A stretch of 48,842 nucleotides of DNA from Draconibacterium orientale (GTDB taxonomy: Bacteria > Bacteroidota > Bacteroidia > Bacteroidales > JAADGE01). Below are positions 26,761 to 37,160 of the stretch, in pieces. The notes under the pieces were generated by a model, which was given only the letters and a program-made list of their open reading frames with translations, had not been told where the DNA came from and searched no databases. Position 1 is the first letter of the stretch. The number at the start of each line of letters is the position of its first letter. The stretch lies in NCBI GenBank assembly GCA_020721645.1, contig DYMH01000006.1, positions 1 to 48,842 on the forward strand, given 5' to 3'. The translations under genes were made by a program, and so were the position numbers.

Positions 26761-26958
26761 ATTTGCCCGATCTTAAGTGTCGGGTCTTCCTTGCTGCGAA
26801 TTTTTGCAAACCATCGGTTGAGGTCGTGGCTGAGTGTTCCGGTATCTATTTGCCCGAGGCGGTACTGCTTGGAAAGATTCTCTATTTTAATGGCAATGTC
26901 GGACAAAATAATTATGAATTATGAATTATGAATAGTGGGGCAAAAATAGTAAATTTTA
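26761..26958 (-). repeat. wzt 5' stub, copy 4
   Basis: TTG at 26906; same truncation junction as copy 3; three ATTATGA heptamers in the UTR. Confidence 0.95.
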
Positions 26959-27192
26959 TTTGGTTTGAAAGGATAATAAAAATTCACTATGCGTTCTTTT
27001 TATTGTCGTTGAGATTATTTCTGCTGATTATCAAATTAATATCGTTAATGCAAAATCAATTTACATTTTTTTATTGGGAGCTATATCGTTTTCAATACTG
27101 TTTTCGGTTGCAAATATTTTTTTAAGTGCGTATTCAGTATAATGCGTGAAATAGCAGAGTGCTTTATATTTCTTAGCGACTGCATGCGTGTT

Positions 27193-27918
27193 TCATGTAA
27201 AAACACTTCTCAAAACTTCGAGCGATTTTAATTTCCCGCTTTTTTCGAGATGTAGATTATAGTATTCGATAAAAAAATCGAGGATTTCGTTGCGTTCGTA
27301 TGTCGATATTGAGAGTAAATGCGTGGAGTTGAGTAAGATATTGAAAAGCGAGTGAAGCAAGCGACTTTTTTCGGCATTTAAAAAATGAAGGTGTTGTGGT
27401 ATTCCGACAATAAATTTTCCTGAAATCATATCGAAAATTTGCCGTGAATCGGAATAGTTGTTTTCGGGAAAAAAACCTAAATGTCGGCAAAATTGAAGCA
27501 AAAAAATAATATGAAAATTAGCATACGATTCTTCCAACAAATCAAATATTTGTATCGACTTTTCGATAAAATTGAAACAGCGTGCATCGGCTTCGTTTTC
27601 TTTGAGTGCCCGGTCTATGATTTCGGCAAGAAAAAAGGCGATTGTTGTTTTTTGAATCGAATTGGGTAAGGAGTGTAAAGGCAGTGATACTGTGTATTCC
27701 TTTGCTTTTTGTAAACCAACTTCGGGCTTGTAATATGCTGTTAAATCGACAAGAAAGAGAGGTTGTAAAAGATTCGATTTCGATTTATTTTTCTTTGACC
27801 CGATTCCATAGATAAGATACGCTTGTTTCCCGAATTTTTCGGTGTATATGCGAACAATCATTGAATTATCGGCATATTTTTGTCGATACAGAACGATGCC
27901 TTTTGTTTGATGTAGCAT
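27193..27918 (-). CDS. recO: DNA repair protein RecO
   Basis: TKGIVL...Y....IV.IYT..FG N-terminus, LQPL, LKSLEVL C-terminus; follows porZ as is usual in Bacteroidota. Confidence 0.92.
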   Translation of the reverse strand: MLHQTKGIVLYRQKYADNSMIVRIYTEKFGKQAYLIYGIGSKKNKSKSNLLQPLFLVDLTAYYKPEVGLQKAKEYTVSLPLHSLPNSIQKTTIAFFLAEIIDRALKENEADARCFNFIEKSIQIFDLLEESYANFHIIFLLQFCRHLGFFPENNYSDSRQIFDMISGKFIVGIPQHLHFLNAEKSRLLHSLFNILLNSTHLLSISTYERNEILDFFIEYYNLHLEKSGKLKSLEVLRSVFT

Positions 27919-27920
27919 TT

Positions 27921-30248
27921 TTAATTCACAAAAAGTATTTTTGTAACCATGGCTTTTGTTCCATCGTTATTAGCACAAAATACGAGATATACGCCTGTAT
28001 TTACGCGGTTTCCTGTAAATGTGTTGCCGTTCCAAATTGCCTGTCCGCCGAGTGCCGTGGTTTCAAAGACTAAGTTTCCGGCAATATCCGTAATTTTCAC
28101 ATTGGCATCAGCCAAAAGACCTGTTATGGTGATAATTCCTGAATAGTCCGGGCGAACGGGATTGGGAAATGCGTAAATATTTCCGAAATTCTCGCCGCCT
28201 TCGGTCGCTTCGGCACGGAATGCTACCATGCCCTTATCAGTTCCAAAATAGACTTCTCCGCTTTCGGGGTCAATTTTAATATCAACGATTGAGTTTGAAG
28301 GCAGCAGGCTGTTGTCTTGGCTGAAATGATATATTTCGTTGCGTCCGTCCGGAGAAACAAGAAAAACACCGGAATTTGAAGTGCCTATCCATTTTCTGTT
28401 TGCCCCGTCAACGGCTATACATGTAACATTTTCGGTAAACAGAAGATATTGTTCGGTTGTATCGTTTCCAACGGCAGTGAGTTGAATCCGGTCGGCATAA
28501 AAATCGGTTTCCGAAAAAACATTTTCCGGATTGTGATACACAACAACACCTTGGTCTGTTCCTACCCATATATCTTCATCTTTATCTTCGGCAATGCAAT
28601 TAACAACTTGGGCGATGGAATTATCATTAGAAATTTTAGGATAAAAAAGGGAATATTCGTCATCGTCCGGATTTTCGGGTGTTGCTTTGCTGTTGAAAGC
28701 AAATATGCCGCCGCCTCTTTGTATCTGAACCCAAATATTTCCGCTCGAAGTGATGAGAATTTGTCCCGTGGGTTTAAGTGTGAGTATTCCTCCAAAATTA
28801 TACGACAGCCAATTTCCTTTGTTCGACAGTACAGAAATCGGATTGTTTACCGTGGCATTAGAAATCCATAAATTTTTATCTTTATCGTATTTAATGGAAG
28901 CAATGCGGATTGTTCCCGGATATGCTCCCATATATTGCAGCGAACTGTTGGTTTGTGTATAATGATTGATTAATTTGTTATTCTCGTACTCGAATAAACC
29001 GTCGCCCCATGCTCCCATAAAAAATTTATCGGAGTCGAATGGATTGGGATAAATAGAATAAACATCGTGCCAACATTCGGACGGAATAATTGACAGCGTA
29101 TTTATTTTATCATAAATAGAAATTTCCGGTTTTCTGACAAGCGGTACCAAAGCCGAGCTATATCCCCCGGGAGTTGAATAAATTTTCCCGTTTGCAACGG
29201 CTATTTGTCCGATATAGTTTGACAGCGGACCATCGGGTGAAAGATTGTCGAATGTTGTGCCCGAAAAATTGTAAGTAACCAATCCGAAACGTGTATCTCC
29301 GATTCTTAAAAGATTTTCGTTTTCTAAGTATGAATCATTAAGGGAAATCGAATTTACCAAAGTATCATCGAAAGCATATTGATGAATATCGGTTTTCAAA
29401 ATTTCATTTCCAAAGATTTTTATTGAGTTTTTATCGGTAACTATCAATTTCCCGAATTGTTCGGATATTGAAAGTATTGTGTACTGTTGTGTATCGAAAA
29501 GATTCCAATTTTCTCCTTGTATTTTCAAAATCTGTGTGTTTCCGTTTGAGGTTTTCTGCGAAAGATAGATTTTTTGGTCATCTGCAAAAACTGCTGTTAC
29601 CGGATTGTTGTAATTCGGAAATAATGTCATCTGTTGCCAATTGCGATAATCGGCAAGATTTGTATTTGTTTTTTCGGCTTTCAGCAATCCGATGTCGGTT
29701 GCGGCATAAAAATAGGTATTGTCCTGTGCAAAATCATAGACATTTACCAGTGTCGCATTGGAACCTATGTACCACGTATCGGAAAATTCCATATTTTCTG
29801 TATCGAAAACCACAATGCCGAATCCGCAGGATAAGTATGCAAAATTATTGAAAAATGTTATCTTGTTGATTTCTTTATTCCCATTGATTTGTTTTCGTTT
29901 GATGTCGGGAAAGTTATAAATTTTGTTATCTTTTATAATATCAATATTGGAATTTTTATAGGTTATAAACAAACAATTGGTTGAGTTGTTGTATCGGGCT
30001 GATTTTATTTCACTTTCTGTAAGACCTTGAATTTTGCCTAATTTTTCAATTTCGGAGGTCGATTTATCGAAAGTAAAAATTCCTAAGTCGCAGGCACAGT
30101 AGATAAGATTTCCGTTATCTGCCAATGAATGCACATTGTTGTACGAAAAATGGTCTCGCCATTGCCCAATTGCAAGTTGTGCTTTACTTTGCAATGATAA
30201 TATCAAGAGGGATAATATTGATATTGATAAAAGAATCACTCGATTCAT
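27921..30248 (-). CDS. porZ: T9SS component PorZ (beta-propeller plus CTD)
   Basis: Signal peptide, GQWRDHFSY, IAVDGANRKWIGT, AFPNPVRP...VKITDIAGNLV..GGQAIWNG CTD. Confidence 0.85.
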   Translation of the reverse strand: MNRVILLSISILSLLILSLQSKAQLAIGQWRDHFSYNNVHSLADNGNLIYCACDLGIFTFDKSTSEIEKLGKIQGLTESEIKSARYNNSTNCLFITYKNSNIDIIKDNKIYNFPDIKRKQINGNKEINKITFFNNFAYLSCGFGIVVFDTENMEFSDTWYIGSNATLVNVYDFAQDNTYFYAATDIGLLKAEKTNTNLADYRNWQQMTLFPNYNNPVTAVFADDQKIYLSQKTSNGNTQILKIQGENWNLFDTQQYTILSISEQFGKLIVTDKNSIKIFGNEILKTDIHQYAFDDTLVNSISLNDSYLENENLLRIGDTRFGLVTYNFSGTTFDNLSPDGPLSNYIGQIAVANGKIYSTPGGYSSALVPLVRKPEISIYDKINTLSIIPSECWHDVYSIYPNPFDSDKFFMGAWGDGLFEYENNKLINHYTQTNSSLQYMGAYPGTIRIASIKYDKDKNLWISNATVNNPISVLSNKGNWLSYNFGGILTLKPTGQILITSSGNIWVQIQRGGGIFAFNSKATPENPDDDEYSLFYPKISNDNSIAQVVNCIAEDKDEDIWVGTDQGVVVYHNPENVFSETDFYADRIQLTAVGNDTTEQYLLFTENVTCIAVDGANRKWIGTSNSGVFLVSPDGRNEIYHFSQDNSLLPSNSIVDIKIDPESGEVYFGTDKGMVAFRAEATEGGENFGNIYAFPNPVRPDYSGIITITGLLADANVKITDIAGNLVFETTALGGQAIWNGNTFTGNRVNTGVYLVFCANNDGTKAMVTKILFVN

Positions 30249-30315
30249 AATTTGTATTTTTTTAGCGGGATAAATGAAATATAAAAAGAAACGGGAAAAA
30301 AACGGAGTTCGTATT

Positions 30316-30894
30316 TTATTTGATATTTTTTAGAAAATCGACTAATTTACCTACCGCAATACCGCGATGACTGATAGCATTTTTAAGTTCCGATGACATT
30401 TGTGCGTAGGAAACCGTGTATCCTTCGGGAATAAAGACCGGGTCGTATCCAAATCCAGATTGTCCGTTGCGATTTTCGGCAATTGTTCCGTTTACAATAC
30501 CTTCAAAAAAATATTCTTTCCCATTTAATATCAATGAGATAACTGTCTTGAAACGTGCTTTTCTGTTTGTTTGTCCTTGCATTTTGGACATTACTTTGAG
30601 CAAATTGTCCTCAAACGAAACATTTTTTCCGGCATACCGAGCCGAATAAACTCCGGGTTCGCCGTTCAATGCTTCAATTTCCAAACCTGTATCATCGGCA
30701 AAACAATCGTATCCGTAATTGTTTTTCAGGTAATGAGATTTTTGCGAGGCATTGCCTTCAATTGTGGGGCAGGTTTCCGGAATTTCTTCGCGACAATTAA
30801 TGTCTTCGGTACTGAGTATTTCAAAGTTGCTGCCAAGTATTTCTCGAACTTCACGCAGCTTGTGTAAATTATTTGTTGCAAAGACTAATTTCAT
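30316..30894 (-). CDS. rdgB: Non-canonical purine NTP pyrophosphatase (HAM1 family)
   Basis: FATNN.HK, ADDTGL, PGVYSARY, FGYDP, ISHR; ATG at 30894. Confidence 0.95.
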   Translation of the reverse strand: MKLVFATNNLHKLREVREILGSNFEILSTEDINCREEIPETCPTIEGNASQKSHYLKNNYGYDCFADDTGLEIEALNGEPGVYSARYAGKNVSFEDNLLKVMSKMQGQTNRKARFKTVISLILNGKEYFFEGIVNGTIAENRNGQSGFGYDPVFIPEGYTVSYAQMSSELKNAISHRGIAVGKLVDFLKNIK

Positions 30895-31047
30895 CGTTTT
30901 TTTTAGCAAATGTACTTTTTCAATGTTTGATAAAAAATAATTTTCACTTTTTTTAAAAAAAATGGCAATGGTTGGGTGTTATTTTTTATCGAACGGTATA
31001 AAAATCAATTAAATTTGAGAGTAAAATCTTGTCTGTTTTCACATTGT

Positions 31048-32190
31048 TTATTCAGTCTTTTGTCCGGGATTTTGTAAGAGAAAATAAAGAAAAAAAGGAA
31101 TGCAGAGAATGAAATACGAAATGTCGGCTTTATTTCCAAAATATGCCGATTGAAATCCATAAAAATAAATTTCCCAAATAAAATATACCGAAATGGTAAA
31201 AAACAGAGATATGCCGCTGTAAAAATAGACATCTTGGGTGTTCCGAATAAAAAAATATAAGCCCAAACTAGCAAAAATACAAAAGACAGAAAGCCATGCC
31301 GGCATAAGATACGATGATTGAATGACGAAAGGATTCAATAATAAAAAATCCGAAAAGTGATTCACGATGAAGGGCAAAAAAGTGAGAGCGAAAGTCGTAA
31401 TTACAATAAGTGCTAATGTTAATATTTTGTGAAATTTGATTTTTTTATTTTTAATTAAGTAAAGCATAAGAATTGAATAGGGTATAACAAATACATTTCG
31501 TGTCGAAAGTAAAAGCCCGATAATAAGCCCGTTTATAAAAAGATGCTTAAAATTATTGTCAGTATTGGATTTTAAAAAATAAAAAATTGAAAACAAAACA
31601 AGGCTGCTGTTAGTGAAAATATTACTTCGCGTAACAACTTCCCATAAGTAAAATGCAGAAATAAGCAGCAAGAACAGCATTAAAGTACGGGTTCTTACAA
31701 ACTCTTTTGAATAATATAAGATGAAATAGAAAACAAGCAAACCTATTAATGAAAAATATCCTAAATCACCGACAAAATAGAAAGGCAATGCCAAAATAAA
31801 ATAAAACGGCATGGGACCCGGGTGATTTCCCATGTGAGATTTGGCAAAATAGGCATATTTCCTCTCAAAAAAATTATCCCAAAACGATGAAATAACACTC
31901 CACCTGTCCACATTCAATTGTTCTTGAGGAAGAAAATGAAAAACAAGAACAGAAAAACCAATAAAACCCAGAAGCATTATCGGATTAGAAATTTTTAAGA
32001 GCCGTTCATTTTTGAAATTGAATATTAGAGTTTGTTTTCGCCAAATCAGATAATAAATGCCCAAAATCCCAAGAGCTAAAAAGACGAAAAACGGTGTTAG
32101 GCGAATACCATATTTTATCAAAAAAAGAAAATTAATAAACAGGATAAAAAAAAATGAAATTTGAGTTTTACTTATGTTAAATAATTTCAT
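31048..32190 (-). CDS. Polytopic membrane protein (possibly GT-C-like)
   Basis: About 10 hydrophobic segments, with a loop carrying NVDRWS...GPMPFYF. Confidence 0.7.
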   Translation of the reverse strand: MKLFNISKTQISFFFILFINFLFLIKYGIRLTPFFVFLALGILGIYYLIWRKQTLIFNFKNERLLKISNPIMLLGFIGFSVLVFHFLPQEQLNVDRWSVISSFWDNFFERKYAYFAKSHMGNHPGPMPFYFILALPFYFVGDLGYFSLIGLLVFYFILYYSKEFVRTRTLMLFLLLISAFYLWEVVTRSNIFTNSSLVLFSIFYFLKSNTDNNFKHLFINGLIIGLLLSTRNVFVIPYSILMLYLIKNKKIKFHKILTLALIVITTFALTFLPFIVNHFSDFLLLNPFVIQSSYLMPAWLSVFCIFASLGLYFFIRNTQDVYFYSGISLFFTISVYFIWEIYFYGFQSAYFGNKADISYFILCIPFFLYFLLQNPGQKTE

Positions 32191-32395
32191 GTTACAATTA
32201 TTTTAGAAATGAAGAATCACAAAATCGGTCGAAAACTCAAAATTATGAATAATATTTACATTTTAAGATATAAGTTTTCTATAAATTCATTTATATCTAC
32301 ATAAGGAATGCAGACGATAAATATTTGAAACCACAAATTACATATCAATCCCGGTACAAAATTTGAATTATATATGAAATAAAATAATCTCTATC

Positions 32396-32866
32396 ATGTC
32401 AGTAAAAATTATACAACTCAAAAATTTCTTCTTTTTAATCTCATTTTTTCTTGTTTTTGCCCAAAACAAAGCCTTTTCGCAATCAATTATTATCCCCGAG
32501 AAAGTACAATGGCGTGCCGATCGTACCGAAGTATCGCTTAAAACCGGTTTTGATGTAGGTATCGATGCCCCAAAATCATTGACATTGGAATTGATATTCA
32601 GTAACGAGCTGTTAAAAGAAATTCCAAAAGATAAATTATCGTTTGAGTTTCGCTGGTTTCATTATTATTCCACACGAAAAGATTTTATGGATTCATACAC
32701 AATACCTTATGACAAGGATAAGCCTGAAACCGGCAATTTTTTTTCCATTTCATCGACACGTAAAAACATTACTCGAGGTTGGTGGGAAGTGCAGGTTATT
32801 TCCAAACTCGATGAAAAAGAAGTTCAATACAAGGAACTAAAAAAATTTCAAATATATATTAAGTAA
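32396..32866 (+). CDS. Hypothetical secreted protein
   Basis: Signal-peptide-like N-terminus (AFS-Q); beta-rich, GWWEVQV. Confidence 0.65.
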   Translation: MSVKIIQLKNFFFLISFFLVFAQNKAFSQSIIIPEKVQWRADRTEVSLKTGFDVGIDAPKSLTLELIFSNELLKEIPKDKLSFEFRWFHYYSTRKDFMDSYTIPYDKDKPETGNFFSISSTRKNITRGWWEVQVISKLDEKEVQYKELKKFQIYIK

Positions 32867-33063
32867 TGGTTAATTATTAATTGTTAATGAAATAATGATT
32901 TGATTTTGATAAGAATACGGACATTATAATATACAAATAAATCTGTCCGATTACTTAAATAGACATTATCAAACTCAAAATAAATAAGTTACAATTTTAG
33001 TTTTAATCAGTTTAGTAAAACAAATAATTGAGTAATGAGGTCATAATTTGAAAGATTGAAAAA

Positions 33064-33090
33064 AAAAATCCGGGTTTTACTCGGATTTTT
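33064..33090. terminator. Hairpin, possible intrinsic terminator
   Basis: aaaaatccggg-tttt-actcggattttt. Confidence 0.45.
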
Positions 33091-33135
33091 AATTTATATT
33101 TAGCAGATTTGTAAAGCGATAGAAAAAAGACAAAA

Positions 33136-34263
33136 ATGGAAAATATAAGTTATGTTGATGAAGTTGTGAATACTTCCGGATTGCTCAATAATGCTGTGGA
33201 ACATGCCGAACTACTGCTTAGTTACGCAACCGAACACGGTTTGGAAATAGACCGAGAGTGGGTTTCGTCTATCATCGAATCCAAACGGTTGAAAGAAAAT
33301 AAACATTGGACTGTTGATTCGGAAATAAAATTTTGGATGGCTTATAAATCGCTTTCAAAAACCGTGCAGCCGGTTTCGGTCGAAAGTTTATTAGCAACCG
33401 AACGTGAAATTGTTGTTCATCCCAATTTTTTTCAACGCCTCCTGAAAATAAAATCACGCCTGTCGTTTTCCCGGCGTTCGGTTCGTTATTATATTTTGAC
33501 AGCTGCCGCATTTATGACAGCATTGCTTTTTATTCAAATATTTTCGCTCAAAGGCACAACTTTGCTGAACAATATCCAAATAAATTCTGCCCGAATTGAT
33601 GAAATTACCCTTCGCGACGGCGAACTTCGATTGCTTTTAAATGCTGATGCAACCAACCAGAGTGCAACACAGGAACGCTATCGCCTGGAAAGCGAAAAAA
33701 GCCAGCTCGACCAAGAAATAAGAGGAAGTATCGAACTTTTGGAACCTTGGGTTAAAACGCTTCGACGTTTTGCTTTTTTAAGTCCCAAAGTCGATAATGC
33801 AACGGAAAAATCCACTCAGGTTAAGGCATCTTCCGCAATTACGGACTCCGGACCGCCGCCAATTCCTTCGGGCGAAAATATTGCCGAAATGGATATGAAC
33901 ACCCAAATCGGAATTATTCAGGAAGCTCAAAATTTCACTCAAATCATTCAACTCTACCTTTTGCCTTTACTTTATGGACTTATCGGCGGTTTTGTTTTTG
34001 TGCTGAGAAGTTTAACCAATGATATTAAAAATTTGGTTTTTTCGCATTATTCCGATATCAAATATTCGCTTCGAATAATACTTGGAGCATTGGCAGGTTT
34101 AATTGTTGGATTGCTTTGGGGTGATATCGAAAATCAACAAATCAGTTTTCTCAAATCCTTATCAAATTCCGGTTTTGCGTTTATTGCCGGTTACGGTGTC
34201 GAATATTTATTCGATGGAATCGACAGATTGGTGGGGTCAATCGGTAAAAAGAAAAGTGAATAA
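33136..34263 (+). CDS. Hypothetical membrane protein with periplasmic coiled coil
   Basis: One TM, a coiled coil, then LPLLYGLIG...RIILGALAG...AFIAGYGVE TM cluster. Confidence 0.8.
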   Translation: MENISYVDEVVNTSGLLNNAVEHAELLLSYATEHGLEIDREWVSSIIESKRLKENKHWTVDSEIKFWMAYKSLSKTVQPVSVESLLATEREIVVHPNFFQRLLKIKSRLSFSRRSVRYYILTAAAFMTALLFIQIFSLKGTTLLNNIQINSARIDEITLRDGELRLLLNADATNQSATQERYRLESEKSQLDQEIRGSIELLEPWVKTLRRFAFLSPKVDNATEKSTQVKASSAITDSGPPPIPSGENIAEMDMNTQIGIIQEAQNFTQIIQLYLLPLLYGLIGGFVFVLRSLTNDIKNLVFSHYSDIKYSLRIILGALAGLIVGLLWGDIENQQISFLKSLSNSGFAFIAGYGVEYLFDGIDRLVGSIGKKKSE

Positions 34264-34293
34264 AAAAAAGCAGTCATTCGACTGCTTTTTTTT
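34262..34293. terminator. Bidirectional intrinsic terminator
   Basis: A8-gcagtc-attc-gactgc-T8 between convergent genes. Confidence 0.85.
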
Positions 34294-35341
34294 ATAATAT
34301 CAGCATGGCATCGCCATAAGTACCAAAACGATATTTCTCTTTGATAGCCACATCATAAGCTTTCATCAAAAAATCAAAACCTGCAAAAGCGGCAGCTGTC
34401 ATTAAAGGTGTGGAAAGCGGAATGTGGAAATTGGTAATAATGCGTGTGGGCACTTTAAAATCGTAGGGCGGAAAGATAAATTTATTAGTCCAACCTTCAT
34501 ATTCAGTCAAAAGACCCTGTGGTGAAACACAACTTTCAAGCGTCCTCAAAACGGTGGTTCCCACGGCACAGATATGTTTTTTTGCTTCTTTTGCGGCGTT
34601 TACAATATTAACTGTTTTTCCGATGATTTGAATTTGTTCGGAATCCATTTTATGTTTAGTTAAATCTTCCACATCAACGCTTCTGAAATTCCCAAGCCCC
34701 ACGTGAAGTGTAACTTCGGCTATTTTAACCCCTTTAATTTCGAGGCGTTTAATCAGATGTTTACTGAAATGTAAACCGGCAGTGGGAGCGGCAACAGCAC
34801 CTTCAACTTTGGCAAAAATGGTTTGATACCGTTCTTTGTCATCGGCTACAACTTCTCTATTTATAAACTTGGGCAAAGGCGTTTCACCTAACGAATCCAA
34901 AGTATTTTTAAATTCATCGTAATCGCCGTCGAATAAAAATCGGAGAGTTCTGCCTCTCGATGTTGTATTATCAATCACTTCGGCAACAAGGGTTTCGTTT
35001 TCGCCAAAAAATAGTTTATTTCCGATTCTGATTTTACGTGCCGGGTCCACCAATACGTCCCACAGGCGTTGTTCTCGGTTCAATTCGCGAAGTAAAAAAA
35101 CTTCAATTTGTGCCCCTGTTTTTTCTTTATAACCAAACAGGCGGGCTGGGAAAACTTTTGTATTGTTGAAAACAAAAACATCGTTTTCGCCAAAATAGTC
35201 GATAACATCTTTAAAGATTCGATGTTCAATTTTTTGTGTTTTTCGGTCGATAACCAGCAAACGGGATTCGTCTCTGTTTGGCACCGGATATTTTGCAATC
35301 AACTCTTTGGGAAGTTGATAATCGAATTTTGAAAGCTTCAT
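34292..35341 (-). CDS. queA: S-adenosylmethionine:tRNA ribosyltransferase-isomerase
   Basis: [46 protein letters not shown]. Confidence 0.97.
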   Translation of the reverse strand: MKLSKFDYQLPKELIAKYPVPNRDESRLLVIDRKTQKIEHRIFKDVIDYFGENDVFVFNNTKVFPARLFGYKEKTGAQIEVFLLRELNREQRLWDVLVDPARKIRIGNKLFFGENETLVAEVIDNTTSRGRTLRFLFDGDYDEFKNTLDSLGETPLPKFINREVVADDKERYQTIFAKVEGAVAAPTAGLHFSKHLIKRLEIKGVKIAEVTLHVGLGNFRSVDVEDLTKHKMDSEQIQIIGKTVNIVNAAKEAKKHICAVGTTVLRTLESCVSPQGLLTEYEGWTNKFIFPPYDFKVPTRIITNFHIPLSTPLMTAAAFAGFDFLMKAYDVAIKEKYRFGTYGDAMLIL

Positions 35342-35411
35342 GAAGTCGATTTATAATTTAGAGAAATGTATCAAAATGTAACGTATTTTGAAATTAAAAT
35401 AGTGTGCTAAG

Positions 35412-36110
35412 TTACATCTTTTTTACAAATTCGGGAAGAGTAATTGCATCTGAGAGTAAAAAAAATCCGATTCTCGTGCGGATTAAACCCGATAAATGAG
35501 CCCCACTGTTGAGTTGCTTGCCAAAATCATAAGCCAAACTTCGGATATAAGTTCCCTTGCTGCATACAATTCGTACTTTTGCGGTGTTTTCTGAAAATGA
35601 AATCAGTTCGGCTTCTTTGATGTCGATAATGGCTGTTTTCATTTTTAGGGGTTTTCCTATACGTGCACTCTCATATGCACGCTTTCCGTCAATTTTTTTC
35701 GCCGAAAATACGGGCGGGGTTTGCGCTTGTACTCCGATAATTTTTTTGAGATTTTCTTCAATCAATTCTTTTGTGATGTGCTTTGTTTCGTAACGACAAT
35801 CAATGGGGGTTTCTAAATCGAACGAAGGTGTGGTGGCTCCGAAAGTAATATCTGCAATGTATTCTTTTTCTTGTGCCGAATAGTTATCAATTTTTTTTGT
35901 TTTTCGTCCGGTGCACAGTATAATTAATCCGGTTGCAAGAGGGTCAAGGGTTCCGGCGTGTCCTACTTTCAGTTTTTTTAATTTTAAATGCTGTGTCAGC
36001 ATTTTTCTTATTTTATTCACTACATCGAACGAAGTCCATTCTATTTCTTTATTGATGAGAATTATTTCGCCGTCTTCGTAATTTTTGAGGTTCTCTTGTT
36101 TTTCGTCCAT
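35412..36110 (-). CDS. truB: tRNA pseudouridine(55) synthase
   Basis: WTSFDVV, KVGHAGTLDPLATG, PP.FSA.K, CSKGTYIRS. Confidence 0.96.
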   Translation of the reverse strand: MDEKQENLKNYEDGEIILINKEIEWTSFDVVNKIRKMLTQHLKLKKLKVGHAGTLDPLATGLIILCTGRKTKKIDNYSAQEKEYIADITFGATTPSFDLETPIDCRYETKHITKELIEENLKKIIGVQAQTPPVFSAKKIDGKRAYESARIGKPLKMKTAIIDIKEAELISFSENTAKVRIVCSKGTYIRSLAYDFGKQLNSGAHLSGLIRTRIGFFLLSDAITLPEFVKKM

Positions 36111-36129
36111 TTTTTGTCTTTTCAGTTTT

Positions 36130-36909
36130 CTATACAACACTCAAATCAATACCCAAAGCCAAGAGTATCAGGATAATAGAGCCAACAATTATGCGATAAT
36201 AACCGAAGAGTCGAAAACCGTTTTTTGAAAGAAAACGAATAAAGGTTTTTATTGCGAAAGCTGCGACTATGAATGCGATGATGTTTCCAAAGAGTAAAAT
36301 TCCGATTTTATCGTTGGTTATGCTGTGATAATTTTTCAGAAGTTTGTATGCTGCGGCTGCCGCCATTGTGGGAACTGCAAGAAAAAACGAAAACTCGGCG
36401 GCGTTTTTTCGATTTAATTTTTGAGCCATACCGCCTATGATGGTTGCCGCCGAACGAGATACGCCGGGTATCATGGCTATGACTTGAAAGAAACCGATAA
36501 CCAATGCTTTTCGCGGACTGATTTCTTGATTTTCATCAATTTTAACAAACCATTTATCGACAAAAATCAATATAATTCCGCCTACAACCAATGAAATGGC
36601 AACTACGGTAACATTTTCGAGCAAGGCATCGATATAATCGCCTAATAAAAAACCGATTATGGCTGCGGGTATGAATGCCACAAAGAGTTTGAAATAAAAA
36701 TTCACCGACTGTACAAAGCGTTTCCAATACAAAACAACCACCGAAAGAATAGCTCCAAATTGAATATTAACAATGAAGGCTTTCACAAAGTCGTCATCGG
36801 CTATACCAAGAATTTTTTCGGTAATTATCATGTGTCCGGTCGAAGATATGGGCAAAAATTCGGTTATTCCTTCGACAATGGCAATAATAAAGGCTTGAAG
36901 AAAACTCAT
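36130..36909 (-). CDS. uppP: Undecaprenyl-diphosphate phosphatase
   Basis: [28 protein letters not shown]. Confidence 0.96.
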   Translation of the reverse strand: MSFLQAFIIAIVEGITEFLPISSTGHMIITEKILGIADDDFVKAFIVNIQFGAILSVVVLYWKRFVQSVNFYFKLFVAFIPAAIIGFLLGDYIDALLENVTVVAISLVVGGIILIFVDKWFVKIDENQEISPRKALVIGFFQVIAMIPGVSRSAATIIGGMAQKLNRKNAAEFSFFLAVPTMAAAAAYKLLKNYHSITNDKIGILLFGNIIAFIVAAFAIKTFIRFLSKNGFRLFGYYRIIVGSIILILLALGIDLSVV

Positions 36910-37160
36910 GCTTGTGGCTCTTGGTTTTTTGGTTTTTTCATAATTGCATAGATTTCAAAAATAAAACCTGCTAAAATGATAATGGGTGCCAAGGTGATGC
37001 GACGAAAACTGAACATTTCTTCGCTGAAAACATTCGGGTCTTTTGTTTCGCCGCCCGAAAGCAATAGCAGTCCGATAATGACTACCGCAAAACCGATTGC
37101 CATTAAAATGTAATTTTCTTTGGATAAGGCAAAACCAAATTTTTGAGAATCTTGACTCAT
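36906..37160 (-). CDS. DUF3098 membrane protein
   Basis: KENY.LM.IG...[10 protein letters not shown]; conserved ftsX-DUF3098-uppP-truB order. Confidence 0.88.
   Translation of the reverse strand: MSQDSQKFGFALSKENYILMAIGFAVVIIGLLLLSGGETKDPNVFSEEMFSFRRITLAPIIILAGFIFEIYAIMKKPKNQEPQA

Noticed and set aside
27193-27918. recO adjacency as the cause of the recombination hotspot
   Set aside because: porZ-recO is a conserved housekeeping pair; adjacency alone gives no evidence of a link.
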